Virus record (IMG/VR): IMGVR_UViG_3300045974_000166
Coordinates: 96,001 to 160,000 of that record
Source of the DNA: a virus
Length of the DNA: 64,000 bases
Direction: 5' to 3' (one strand)
Below the pieces are notes generated by a model. It was not told the origin of the DNA. It was given only the letters and a program-made list of their open reading frames with translations, and ran no database searches. A program made the translations under genes and the position numbers. Below are positions 9,466-19,425 of this stretch, piece after piece. Numbering within the stretch: the first letter of the stretch is position 1; every line of letters starts with the position of its first letter.

Positions 9466-11058
9466 ATGGCAAATAATAATGAATCGAATGGATTGAGTTT
9501 ATTTGGTTTCAACATCACTAAAAATAAAATCAAAGATGTTGAAACCAAATCTTTTGTTGCTGCAACAGATATAGAAGGTGGCATTGAAGTTGCAACCGGC
9601 TCTGGTGCTGGCTTTAATTCCTATTCAATTGATCTAGATCCTTCTGCAATAAAGAATGAGATTGAGCTAATTGGAAAATACCGTGAAATTTCTCTTGTTG
9701 CAGATATAGATCTTGCTGTATCTGAAATCATTGATGAATTCATGGTCATTGATGAAATCGAAGATCTTGTTACGATCGATTTCCAAGCAGAGTTCGACGA
9801 AAAGTATTCTAAGAAAACCAAAGAGGCAATTTCAGAAGAATTCAAGAATATTCTTGATCTGTTGAAGTTCCAACAAGTTGGTCCAGATATTGCACGGAAT
9901 TGGTACATCGATGGTAGATTAGCATACCACAAAATTGTAGACAAGGAAAAGTCCAAAGAAGGCATTAAAGAACTTCGGCCAATTGACGTTGCAAAACTTA
10001 AGCGTATTATTGAGATCAAAAAAGAAGTTGATCCAAAGTCTGGTATTTCTCTAGTTATAGGTCAGTCAGATTACTATATCTTTTCCGATATCCAGAAGAA
10101 TTCTACTACAGGTCTTCAGGGTGATCAGAAGCAAGGTATCAAGATTGCCCCAGAGTCTATTGCCTATATTACTTCTGGACTCATTGACAGAAATTCAAAT
10201 ATGTCGCTGTCTTATCTCCATAAGGCAATTCGACCACTGAACCAACTTCGTATGATGGAAGACTCAGATGTTATCTATCGTCTGACTCGTGCTCCACAAC
10301 GCCGTATTTTCTACATTGACACCTCTGGTATGGCTCGTACTAAGGCCGAACAGTACATCAAAGATGTCATGGCTCGGTACAAGAATAAGCAAGTGTATGA
10401 CGTCAACACCGGTACAGTTAAAGATGCAAAGAACCACCAGTCTATCTTAGAGGATTTCTTCCTTCCACGTACTACCGGTGGCAAGGGAACTGAAATTACT
10501 ACTTTGGATGGAGCTCCAAGTCTTGGTTCTATTGAGAATACTCAGTACTTCCAACAGAAGCTATATCAATCGTTGAACATTCCAATGACTCGCCTACAAC
10601 AAGGTCAGGGTTCATTCAACATTGGTCGGACGAATGAAATTACTCGCGATGAAATTAAGTTTGCGAAGTTCATTGCTAAACTTCGATTACGGTTTAACAA
10701 TCTATTCTTTGACTTGCTCAAGACCCAACTTCTGCTCAAGGGTATTGCCTCTGCTGAGGACTGGGCTCTTATCAAAGAAAATCTTCGGTTCCGTTATGCC
10801 AAGGATAACTTCTTTGCAGAACTCAAAGAATCTGACATGCTTCGTGAACGTCTACAGAATGTCCAGATTGCCGACATGTACACAGGCAAGTACTACTCTA
10901 AAGAATATGTCATGCGCTCTATGTTGAAGCTGACTGATGAAGAGATTGATGACATGGTAGAACAAATGGGCACAGAGAATGCAGCTGCGGCAAAATTAGC
11001 TGCTTCTCAACCTCAGCCCGATCAAAATGGTGCGGCCGCTGCACCACAGCAACAATAA
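9466..11058 (+). CDS. gp20: Portal vertex protein
   Basis: WYIDGR, SYLHKAI.P.NQLRMMED..VIYR..RAP.RRIFYID, EDFFLPR..GGKGTEITTL.G. Confidence 0.98.
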   Translation: MANNNESNGLSLFGFNITKNKIKDVETKSFVAATDIEGGIEVATGSGAGFNSYSIDLDPSAIKNEIELIGKYREISLVADIDLAVSEIIDEFMVIDEIEDLVTIDFQAEFDEKYSKKTKEAISEEFKNILDLLKFQQVGPDIARNWYIDGRLAYHKIVDKEKSKEGIKELRPIDVAKLKRIIEIKKEVDPKSGISLVIGQSDYYIFSDIQKNSTTGLQGDQKQGIKIAPESIAYITSGLIDRNSNMSLSYLHKAIRPLNQLRMMEDSDVIYRLTRAPQRRIFYIDTSGMARTKAEQYIKDVMARYKNKQVYDVNTGTVKDAKNHQSILEDFFLPRTTGGKGTEITTLDGAPSLGSIENTQYFQQKLYQSLNIPMTRLQQGQGSFNIGRTNEITRDEIKFAKFIAKLRLRFNNLFFDLLKTQLLLKGIASAEDWALIKENLRFRYAKDNFFAELKESDMLRERLQNVQIADMYTGKYYSKEYVMRSMLKLTDEEIDDMVEQMGTENAAAAKLAASQPQPDQNGAAAAPQQQ

Positions 11059-11061
11059 ATA
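11054..11061 (+). promoter_or_regulatory. T4-type late promoter (AATAAATA)
   Basis: At the gp20 stop, upstream of ORF 11098. Confidence 0.5.
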
Positions 11062-11097
11062 GTATAACAAACAACAAGCAACAAGGGTGTAACGAAC

Positions 11098-12987
11098 ATG
11101 AATTTCCTAGACCAAATCTATCAAGACAAAGAAGAAGCTAAAGCCACTCTTACCAACGTGCTAAACCAAAAAGCATTTAGCCTACTAGATACATATGCCG
11201 ACAATTCGGAAGTTGAAGTAGTTACTTTTGAAGATGAAGAAGTTGCCAACGAAGAATTTGAACTTGAAGGTGTCGAACTCACCGAAGAACAACTCAACGA
11301 ATTTGAAGGTCTTAATTACACCATCGGTGGTAAAGTAGATAAAGATCATGTGTACCATGTACACCGTCAATCGAGAACAGCCAATGGCCCAGAATGGGAG
11401 CACCATGAACGCGACGTCTATCATTCGTTAGCCGATGCAAAGAAAGTTGCCGCAAATATGGGTGGTAAGTTTACAAAAACCAAAATCACTCGTCATGCTC
11501 GTACTAAACTGGCTGGTCCAGTTGGTAAACTTCCAGAAGGAGTTGAAGAACTCGACGAAGGTCTAGGTTCTCTTGCTGGTCTTTCCAAGCACCTTATCAA
11601 AACAGTTACTAAAGATCCATACTCTGGTCGTAAAGCAGGTGAACACTCAGATGTGGTGACTCACCCAATTAAGAACAAATCGGCACATCGTGAAGTACTT
11701 AACAAAGCGCTCGATGACGGTCATGTACCAGTTGTGTATGTAAACGGTAAGATTCACTCGGCCGGCCACTCTACTGGTTCTTCATATGGTCGTCCTGAGT
11801 ATCATATCCATGATGCAGACAAGCAAAAAGAACAAAAAGAAACTAAGTATCCAAAGGCCTACAAATCTGGTGGTAAGTATATCTATCCTCCATCACATCA
11901 AATTTCAAACCCTCGGTATAAGAAGGGTGATGCACTTGATCAATTGACTCCGGGTCATGAAGCTTCGTTCTACAAGGAAAACAAGGTCGAAGTTAAAGTT
12001 ATTCATCCAGACAAAGAACGCCTGGCAAAAATGAAGGCTCGTGGTGACAATCGTCCTCCAATGCAAGCCAACACAGTCAAGATGACTCCAGACGAAAAAG
12101 CTAAAAAGGGGTATTCTTACTCTGATTCTAAGACTGTTTCGCATACGCCAGAAGGCAACATGAAGGCAATCAAGGATGCAGCTGCACTTAAACTTGCCAC
12201 ACAGAAACTTGGTACCTCCGGTTCATCTGCCAATAAGAAGGCTATGGAACTTCATGCCGAACTTGGTAAACACCTTGCTGCTGGTAAACACACAGAAGCC
12301 ATCCGTGCTGCCAATGCTCTTTCCGATCATGTCCGTTCACAAGGTCTAGAAACTCATGCCGACAAGATCAAAGACTATGCTAGCACACTGAAAGATCTGA
12401 AGAATAACTGGGGCAACAAAGAATATGCTCACCAGAAACTTGCCAAGATGCGCGGTGAAAAGACCAATGAAGCAGAAGAATTGGTAGATGCTTTGGAAAC
12501 TATGCTTACTGAGATGTTGGACATCAATGAAGCAACTACGGTTGATAATACAGCAACAGCACTCCATACAGTATTGATCAATCAACATGCTAAAACTCCA
12601 GGTCATGGTCTAGATAAATTAGCTAATAGTGTTAGATCTTCTGTTTCTAAAGCTACATCACCTTTGGATCTTCATGCACGCCATGCAGCCGCTGTAAAGA
12701 AAATTGAAGCACATTACACAGAACACAATCTAGGTAAACCTGCTCTTCAAGGTGCAAAGTCTTGGCTTCCAAAAGCTAATGAAGAAGTAGATGAAGATGC
12801 CGAACAGATTGACGAACTCTCTAAAAAGACTCTTAAGTCTTACATCAAAAAAGCTAAGGCAGATTTTAAAGCTAAGACATCATATGACGACCATGACGGT
12901 TATGATTTTGCCCCAGGTGTATCACCTCAGAAAATGATGAAACGTTCAGAAACTATTGATGCTGCTAAAGCACAAGTAAAGAAATAA
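11098..12987 (+). CDS. Prohead core-like protein (gp67/68 position) extended by internal-protein modules
   Basis: Directly after portal; acidic helical N-terminus followed by basic His-rich modules delimited by L.E/ELDE; ends with QIDELSKKTLKSYIKKA module. Confidence 0.55.
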   Translation: MNFLDQIYQDKEEAKATLTNVLNQKAFSLLDTYADNSEVEVVTFEDEEVANEEFELEGVELTEEQLNEFEGLNYTIGGKVDKDHVYHVHRQSRTANGPEWEHHERDVYHSLADAKKVAANMGGKFTKTKITRHARTKLAGPVGKLPEGVEELDEGLGSLAGLSKHLIKTVTKDPYSGRKAGEHSDVVTHPIKNKSAHREVLNKALDDGHVPVVYVNGKIHSAGHSTGSSYGRPEYHIHDADKQKEQKETKYPKAYKSGGKYIYPPSHQISNPRYKKGDALDQLTPGHEASFYKENKVEVKVIHPDKERLAKMKARGDNRPPMQANTVKMTPDEKAKKGYSYSDSKTVSHTPEGNMKAIKDAAALKLATQKLGTSGSSANKKAMELHAELGKHLAAGKHTEAIRAANALSDHVRSQGLETHADKIKDYASTLKDLKNNWGNKEYAHQKLAKMRGEKTNEAEELVDALETMLTEMLDINEATTVDNTATALHTVLINQHAKTPGHGLDKLANSVRSSVSKATSPLDLHARHAAAVKKIEAHYTEHNLGKPALQGAKSWLPKANEEVDEDAEQIDELSKKTLKSYIKKAKADFKAKTSYDDHDGYDFAPGVSPQKMMKRSETIDAAKAQVKK

Positions 12988-12996
12988 GAGAAAAAT

Positions 12997-13539
12997 ATGC
13001 GAGTTACAACTTTACCCCGTGTAATTACTATTTCTAGTGCAACTTCGGATGCCACTACGACTACGATAACTACGACTGCATCTCACCTAATGGTAACGGG
13101 GGATGTAGTATCATTTCCTGGTTCTGTAAGTTTTAGAACAGCTACTGTTACTGGTGCAACAACTTTCACTGTGTTGAACCTTCCGACTACTGTCGGCCAA
13201 TCTTTAATCTATACACCAACGGGTGAAGTTTACATCAATGAACTCCGGACTGCTCTAGATGTATCACGTGCTATGGAAGCACCTTCATCTGCTAACAACT
13301 CATCTACTTTCCAAGTCATTGGCTCAACTACTGCAGCAGCAGGTGCCGTTTCTGTTGACATTGAAGTATCAAACAACAATGTTAACTGGTTGAAATTTTC
13401 GACGATTTCTTTAGTTCTTGCTACAACTGCTGCTACAGATGGAGTTGTATTAGATGCACCGTGGGGCTTTGTCCGCGCTAAAGTTGCATCAATCTCTGGT
13501 ACCGGCGCTAAAGTAACAGTTTTGCTTGGTAAGAATTAA
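12997..13539 (+). CDS. Putative virion structural protein
   Basis: Thr-rich beta protein; DIEVSNN..NW and W.FVRA motifs of small phage decoration-like domains. Confidence 0.5.
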   Translation: MRVTTLPRVITISSATSDATTTTITTTASHLMVTGDVVSFPGSVSFRTATVTGATTFTVLNLPTTVGQSLIYTPTGEVYINELRTALDVSRAMEAPSSANNSSTFQVIGSTTAAAGAVSVDIEVSNNNVNWLKFSTISLVLATTAATDGVVLDAPWGFVRAKVASISGTGAKVTVLLGKN

Positions 13540-15266
13540 TGACTTTAACCGTTTTCAGTAAGTATACCAAGTATGCCTCTAGACAACTTGGTCAAGTACT
13601 GCCGAAGACTTTCCATTTTACTAAAAAGTCAATGATAGACGGAATGAATGCTCTGTCGCTTGATCTTAACTTTTTAAGTGGTATATTGGATCCGCGCATT
13701 ACATTTGCAAGAGCTGATCTAACAAGTTGTGCCACGTATTTTAACTCTGCTGGTCTACTTACGACAGCTGCTGCAAATATTCCTAGATTTGAATATAATC
13801 CGAATGTGCCAGCTGGCACATATACAACTGAATACGTGCCAAATGGTACATTTGCTAATGCTACGGATTGGGCCCTGGGTGCCGGCATTACTATTTCTGG
13901 TGGTACTCTAAATTTTACTGCCGTAGCTTCCGGTACACCGGCATCATCTGCAACTACTGCCGCCGCGGCCGGCATGCAATTGGGTCGGACATATAAATTA
14001 ACAGTTGATGCAACTATTACTTCTGGATCATACCATTTTTGGACTGCTGGTGCTGCGGCCCTAACATACGTAACTACTAATGGTACGATCACCGTATATT
14101 ATTTGTGTAGTAACCTGGCGCAACCAGTCATACAAGTTCAAGCCATGGCAGCAAATAGTACTGCCACTTTTGACAATATTTCTATTAAAGAAGTATATTT
14201 TACTCCACAGGGATTGTTGTTAGAGGAAGGTCGTACTAACTTACTTCTTCAATCTCGTGATTCTACTAATGTAGCATGGACTAAAGTAGATATAGCGGCT
14301 CCGGCACGAAATCAATTAGGTATTGATGGTGTAGCAAATACCGCTATGTATATTGCCGAAGGTGTTGCACTCACCGGAGCTCTAAGACAATCTGCTACTA
14401 TTGTTGCAGCATCTACAGTAACATTTAGCGCAATATTCAAACGTACTGGAGCCCAGGCCTGGTTTCGCATGCGCGTGTGGGATGGAACTACTGTCGGCGC
14501 AGATGCTTGGTTTGATATCCTGAATGGGGTAAAAGGTGCGGCAACTGCCTTGGGTACGGCAACCGTCGTATCAAGTAGAATTACCGCGCTTGGTAACGGA
14601 GCCTATAGATGCAGTGTTACCGCCACATTGACTGGTTCTGCTTTAACTACATGCCAGGTTGAAGTTTCTAGTGCTTTGGCTAATAGTAGTGCAGTTCGCG
14701 TAGCTAGTGCTAATTACTATATGGATTATGCGCAACTAGAGGTAGGTGGTTTTCCTACGGCTCCTATTGCAACTACAACGGCCGCGGTAGGTCGGGTCGA
14801 TGACAGCGCAATAATGTCGGGTGTAAACTTTACAAGTTGGTTTACCGGTGGATCTAACGGTACTATCTTTATGTCTCATACAATTGATCTGGGATTTAAT
14901 GCAAACCGGAACTATGGATGGGCAATTGATGATGGTGGATTAAATCGTCTTGCTTATAGAGCAGCTAATACAAGTGGCGGTATCGGTGTCTGTATTATTG
15001 GAAATGGTGTGTCGGTACCTGTGATAAATACCACGGCACCAACGCTGACGAGTATAAATAATGTAGCACTTACTTATACTTCGACAGATGCATCTGCAGC
15101 CGTAAATGGAGCAATTACTGGTACAATGGCTACAGGTTATGTTCCAATTGCCGAAACTCAGATAACTTTTGGTTCTATTGGTAATAATCTAAATGGTCAT
15201 ATCCGTAGATTTAGTTACTACACCGTTCGACTTACAGATTCTACTATCCAATCGTTAACATTGTAA
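13539..15266 (+). CDS. Head spike/fibre protein with ConA/LamG-like domains
   Basis: ITFARA..ATYFNSAG....AANIPRF, GLLLEEGRTNLLLQS, AQLEVG.FPT.PI.TT.AAV.R..D pattern typical of phage head-fibre proteins. Confidence 0.65.
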   Translation: MTLTVFSKYTKYASRQLGQVLPKTFHFTKKSMIDGMNALSLDLNFLSGILDPRITFARADLTSCATYFNSAGLLTTAAANIPRFEYNPNVPAGTYTTEYVPNGTFANATDWALGAGITISGGTLNFTAVASGTPASSATTAAAAGMQLGRTYKLTVDATITSGSYHFWTAGAAALTYVTTNGTITVYYLCSNLAQPVIQVQAMAANSTATFDNISIKEVYFTPQGLLLEEGRTNLLLQSRDSTNVAWTKVDIAAPARNQLGIDGVANTAMYIAEGVALTGALRQSATIVAASTVTFSAIFKRTGAQAWFRMRVWDGTTVGADAWFDILNGVKGAATALGTATVVSSRITALGNGAYRCSVTATLTGSALTTCQVEVSSALANSSAVRVASANYYMDYAQLEVGGFPTAPIATTTAAVGRVDDSAIMSGVNFTSWFTGGSNGTIFMSHTIDLGFNANRNYGWAIDDGGLNRLAYRAANTSGGIGVCIIGNGVSVPVINTTAPTLTSINNVALTYTSTDASAAVNGAITGTMATGYVPIAETQITFGSIGNNLNGHIRRFSYYTVRLTDSTIQSLTL

Positions 15267-15270
15267 CATC

Positions 15271-15278
15271 ATTAAATA
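15271..15278 (+). promoter_or_regulatory. T4-type late promoter (ATTAAATA)
   Basis: Upstream of 15286 and gp21. Confidence 0.5.
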
Positions 15279-15285
15279 AGATAAA

Positions 15286-15618
15286 ATGAATAAAGAATTA
15301 AAACCAATCCAAGAAGCATATAATCTTATGCTTGAAAGTTCTTTTGCCGCGGCAAACAAAATAGAGCACCCTGTCGAAAAACAGTGGCATCACTCAATTT
15401 TGTCTAAACACGGCTTTGAGCCAGATGAAGATTCAAAAGTAAAAACAGGTTTAGTTCGTTCATATAGTTATACTCATCCAAAAACTGGTGATAAAATTAA
15501 AGTAGCTACCGGTGCAAATGCTGATTATTGGGATGACAAGAAAAACAACAAACATGGCTATTGGCGCGAACTGGAATCGCATGCAAAGTCTCTAGTTGCT
15601 GCACACGAAGGTAAATAA
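15286..15618 (+). CDS. Putative internal head protein
   Basis: N-terminal I.EAY..MLE motif (shared in part with 16267), basic His-rich body. Confidence 0.5.
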   Translation: MNKELKPIQEAYNLMLESSFAAANKIEHPVEKQWHHSILSKHGFEPDEDSKVKTGLVRSYSYTHPKTGDKIKVATGANADYWDDKKNNKHGYWRELESHAKSLVAAHEGK

Positions 15619-15619
15619 G

Positions 15620-16270
15620 ATGAAATTCCTCACAGAAGTATTAAATGATCCATTAAGTCTCTTGATGGAAGCTGGTGCCGATGGCAAAAAGAACTTGTAC
15701 ATTCAAGGTCCATTTGCCGTGGCCGAATCAAAGAATAAAAATGGTCGCATCTATAAGAAGGAAATTCTTGAAGCTGCTATCAACAAGTATGACACAGATT
15801 ATATCAAGAACGCCAAGGCACTAGGTGAGATGAATCACCCACCACGTCTGAATATTGACTACGAACGTGCCACCCACATGATCACAGAGATGAAACAAGA
15901 TGGTAACATCTGGATCGGTAAAGCTAAGGTGTTAAATACACCCATGGGCTCGATCCTGAAGGGTTTGCTTGAGTCTGGTGTGAATGTTGGTGTTTCTACT
16001 CGTGGTGCTGGTTCTATTACCGAAGCCAATGGTATTAAACATGTCGGTTCGGACTTTTTCCTAACTGCTGTTGATGCTGTATCTGATCCTTCCGGTCCAG
16101 GTTGCATAGTAAATGGTATCATGGAAGGCTATGAATATGATCTAGACTCAAAAGGTCAGGCGATCATCGAAGACATTGCAGCACGCGCCAAGAAAGATTA
16201 CGACAAGAAGGTACTTACGGAAGCACGTAAGATTGAGTTATTCAAACAGTTATTGGAAGCTATCAAATGA
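15620..16270 (+). CDS. gp21: Prohead core protease
   Basis: LYIQGPF..AE.KNKNGRIY, ALGEMNHP, GKAKVLNTPMG, GVSTRG.GS, DAV.DPS.P; start re-assigned to ATG 15620. Confidence 0.97.
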   Translation: MKFLTEVLNDPLSLLMEAGADGKKNLYIQGPFAVAESKNKNGRIYKKEILEAAINKYDTDYIKNAKALGEMNHPPRLNIDYERATHMITEMKQDGNIWIGKAKVLNTPMGSILKGLLESGVNVGVSTRGAGSITEANGIKHVGSDFFLTAVDAVSDPSGPGCIVNGIMEGYEYDLDSKGQAIIEDIAARAKKDYDKKVLTEARKIELFKQLLEAIK

Positions 16271-16593
16271 ACCATCCAGAAATTAAATTAATCTCTGAAG
16301 CATATATGTCTATGCTTAGACCAAAATCTTCGGAAGTTTCTTCTCAAATTACTGCTCTTCTTGAATATCATGCAACAGGTACAGTATCTGGGGCAAAATT
16401 TCATGTAAAATATGCAGATTATCCATCTAATGCTGATATTGCTAAACAGAATAAACATTTAAGTAAAGATCAAGTAAACGCAGTCGGTGATCACATTGAA
16501 GCTCACTCAGAGGATGATTTCACTGGGACTAAATCCATACAAAATGGGCATAAAGTTCATGTTACTGCAAACGGTGGTTATCATGATGATTAA
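16267..16593 (+). CDS. Putative internal head protein
   Basis: ISEAYMSM N-terminus, LLE site, His-rich; lies between gp21 and gp22. Confidence 0.5.
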   Translation: MNHPEIKLISEAYMSMLRPKSSEVSSQITALLEYHATGTVSGAKFHVKYADYPSNADIAKQNKHLSKDQVNAVGDHIEAHSEDDFTGTKSIQNGHKVHVTANGGYHDD

Positions 16594-16609
16594 CCATAAG
16601 AAAATCAAT

Positions 16610-16617
16610 CATAAATA
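16610..16617 (+). promoter_or_regulatory. T4-type late promoter (CATAAATA)
   Basis: Upstream of gp22. Confidence 0.5.
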
Positions 16618-16685
16618 GATTGAGTATTAATAACAGATGCACATTTTTGAAAAGATTAAATAAATCATAATTCGGAGAATTAAAC

Positions 16686-17732
16686 ATGACCCTAGAAGAA
16701 CGAATCAAACAAATGCTTGAAGAAAGCACAAAGCAAGTAACTCCTGAAGTTGTTGCCGAAGAAATTGTTGAAGAAACTACTTCGCTTACAGAAGAAGAAC
16801 TTGATGAAATGACTCAAGAAGAATTTGATGCTATTGATGAAGAACAATTGGACGAATTGTCTAAAAAGACTTTGAAGTCTTATATCAAAAAAGCAGATCG
16901 CCAAAACTCTAACATGGATGTTGATGACCAAGCTGGTTTTAACAAATATATGAAGAGAAGCGATAATATTGATAGAGCAGAGGAAAAGCTAAATCCTAAA
17001 CGGAAAACCGAAAGTGCAGAAGTTTCTTCACAAGTAGCCGCCCTTCTTGAAGCTGAAGGTCTCTCAGAAGAATTCAAAATGCAAGCTGTAACGATTTTCG
17101 AAGCAGCTGTAACAGATCGCGTACTTCAGATCCAAGAAGAAATGGAAGCTGAATACAACGAAAAACTCGACGAAGCCAAGGCCGAACTCGAAACAAATAT
17201 TGATGGATTTTTGAATGAAGCTGTCCAGGAATGGGCAGATAATAATGAAGTAGCAATTGAGTCTAACTTCAAGATGCGCCTAGCAGAAAGTTTCATGGAT
17301 GGTCTTCAGTCACTATTGGCTGAACACAATATTGATCTGCCAGATGAATCAGAAGATGCGCTCGAAATTGCATTAGATGAAGTTAATAAACTTGAAGAAC
17401 AAGTCTCGAGTACAGATGAAGTGATTGCTGAATTGCAAGAACAAATCGACACTCTAAAGGCTGAAAAGATTCTTGAGTCATTCAAAGAAAAGATGACTGG
17501 CACAGAATTTGATCGCTTCGTTCAATTGACGGAGTCTGTTAAGTTTAAAGACGAAACTCAATATGCTAAACAACTCAGCATTGTGCTAGAGAATTTTGGT
17601 AAGATTGCCGCAAAGAAGGTAGAACAAACAGAACAGATCGTTGAAGAAGTTGCAGCACCAGTTGCTCAACCAATCGTCACCGAATCATTCTCTTCAGTTA
17701 ACCGCTACGCACAATATCTTGCCAAGAAGTAA
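16686..17732 (+). CDS. gp22: Prohead core scaffold protein
   Basis: LSEEFK.QA.TIFEAAV, acidic coiled coil, AESF..GL..L..EHNI, C-terminal V.RYA.YL; lies between gp21 and gp23. Confidence 0.92.
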   Translation: MTLEERIKQMLEESTKQVTPEVVAEEIVEETTSLTEEELDEMTQEEFDAIDEEQLDELSKKTLKSYIKKADRQNSNMDVDDQAGFNKYMKRSDNIDRAEEKLNPKRKTESAEVSSQVAALLEAEGLSEEFKMQAVTIFEAAVTDRVLQIQEEMEAEYNEKLDEAKAELETNIDGFLNEAVQEWADNNEVAIESNFKMRLAESFMDGLQSLLAEHNIDLPDESEDALEIALDEVNKLEEQVSSTDEVIAELQEQIDTLKAEKILESFKEKMTGTEFDRFVQLTESVKFKDETQYAKQLSIVLENFGKIAAKKVEQTEQIVEEVAAPVAQPIVTESFSSVNRYAQYLAKK

Positions 17733-17772
17733 GTATTGAAACAATAAAAATCCATAACTAAAAGGAAAAATC

Positions 17773-19116
17773 ATGGCAGTTCAAACCGTAGAACAATTAA
17801 TGGAAAAATGGGCACCAGTGCTCGACGCTGAAGGCGTAACTCCAATCACTAACATGCACAAACGTCAAACGACAGCTGTGCTCTTGGAAAATACCGAACA
17901 AGATATTATCCAAACTCGTCAACTCTTGTCTGAAGCAGCTCCAGGTTCACAAACCCAAGGCTACCCAACAGACGGTACCGGTCTTTCTAAGTTCGACCCA
18001 GTGTTGATCTCCATGGTTCGCCGTGCAGCTCCACAAATGTTGGCTTATGACATCTGCGGCGTTCAGCCACTACGTCAGCCTACAGGTTTGATCTTTGCAT
18101 TGCGTAGCCGCTACGGTGCACAATCAGGTGCTGAAGCTCAGTTCCTTGAAGCTAACGCAGCATTCTCTGGTGCTGCTGGTACTTCTCCTGGTACTTCTAC
18201 TGGTGCTGGCCAAGCTTTGTACACTAGCGATCCAACCAACGACTTCGTATTCTCTGACCAAGATCCAACTGCTACTACCTCGACAGCAATTGTTGCTCCA
18301 GGTCAAGGCCTAACGACTCAGGTCGGCGAAACTTTGGGTTCGACAGGTCCAGCATTTGCTGAAATGTCTTTCACCATTGAACAAATGTCTGTTACTGCTA
18401 AGACTCGCGCATTGAAGGCTGGTTACTCAGTTGAATTTGCTCAAGACGTTAAGAACCTACACGGTCTTGATGCTGATGCAGAATTGAGCAACATTCTTTC
18501 AACCGAAATCTTGTCTGAAGTGAATCGTGAAGTTCTTCGCACTATCTATCTTAGCGCTAAGGTTGGTGCCCAAGGAACTACTGTTGCTGGTATCTTCAAC
18601 TTGACCGCTGACTCTGATGGCCGTTGGTTGGCAGAACGTCATAAAGGTCTGTTGTTCCAAATCGAACGTGAAGCTAATGCTATCGCTCAAGAAACTCGTC
18701 GCGGTAAAGGTAACATCTTGGTTTGCTCCAGCGATGTGGCTTCTGCCCTTTCTATGGGTGGTATGTTGGATTATGCTCCAGCCTTGGCAAATGACATCAA
18801 CGTTGACGACACAGGCGCTACATTCGCTGGTGTTTTGAACAAACGTATGCGCGTCTACATTGACCCATATGCTGGTGTTGCCGGTACGAACTCTCAGTTC
18901 TTCATGGTTGGTTACAAGGGTGCTTCCGCTTGGGACGCTGGCCAGTTCTACTGCCCATATATTCCATTGCAAATCGTTCGCACTACTGACCCAGCTACAA
19001 TGAGCCCAGTGCTTGCTTACAGATTGCGTTACGGCATGGCTCGTAACCCATTCTTCAACACTGCTGGTCGTACAAATGCGTACTACCGTATTGCTGCTGT
19101 TCGTAACATCATCTAA
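17773..19116 (+). CDS. gp23: Major capsid protein
   Basis: KW.PVL, LLEN, FDPVLISMVRRA.P...AYDI.GVQP...PTGLIFALR, AK.RALKA.YS.E.AQD.K..HGLDA..EL.NIL..EI. Confidence 0.99.
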   Translation: MAVQTVEQLMEKWAPVLDAEGVTPITNMHKRQTTAVLLENTEQDIIQTRQLLSEAAPGSQTQGYPTDGTGLSKFDPVLISMVRRAAPQMLAYDICGVQPLRQPTGLIFALRSRYGAQSGAEAQFLEANAAFSGAAGTSPGTSTGAGQALYTSDPTNDFVFSDQDPTATTSTAIVAPGQGLTTQVGETLGSTGPAFAEMSFTIEQMSVTAKTRALKAGYSVEFAQDVKNLHGLDADAELSNILSTEILSEVNREVLRTIYLSAKVGAQGTTVAGIFNLTADSDGRWLAERHKGLLFQIEREANAIAQETRRGKGNILVCSSDVASALSMGGMLDYAPALANDINVDDTGATFAGVLNKRMRVYIDPYAGVAGTNSQFFMVGYKGASAWDAGQFYCPYIPLQIVRTTDPATMSPVLAYRLRYGMARNPFFNTAGRTNAYYRIAAVRNII

Positions 19117-19134
19117 TCTTAGAATTGGAAATGC

Positions 19135-19160
19135 AAAAGGGACCTTCGGGTCCCTTTTTT
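19135..19160 (+). terminator. Rho-independent terminator after gp23
   Basis: AAAAGGGACC-TTCG-GGTCCCTTTTTT with cUUCGg loop. Confidence 0.9.
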
Positions 19161-19162
19161 AT

Positions 19163-19190
19163 TTTACAAGTCATTCTAATGTGATACAAT
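19163..19190 (+). promoter_or_regulatory. Sigma70-type promoter upstream of rpoZ
   Basis: TTTACA-16nt-TACAAT with TG extension. Confidence 0.5.
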
Positions 19191-19218
19191 TAAATATGTT
19201 ACTATTAAAGGATTAAAG

Positions 19219-19422
19219 ATGCAAGCTAAAAAACTCTCACGGCATGACCAAGTAAACATTGATAAAATTCGTGATGCAGGAAATATCTATCAGACTATTA
19301 TCATAGCTTCTGCCAGAGCTTATGAACTTCGTAAGGGTGCTCCATCAAAAGTTGTAGACCATGAAGATCCTTTCAATTCTGGTGTTATGACTGCTCTCCT
19401 AGAAATCCAAGAAGGATTGTAA
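19219..19422 (+). CDS. rpoZ: RNA polymerase omega subunit homologue
   Basis: GNIYQTIIIASARAYELRKG...TALLEIQEGL aligns with omega consensus GNRFDLVLVAARRARQ...IALREIEEGL; 67 aa. Confidence 0.8.
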   Translation: MQAKKLSRHDQVNIDKIRDAGNIYQTIIIASARAYELRKGAPSKVVDHEDPFNSGVMTALLEIQEGL

Positions 19423-19425
19423 AAT

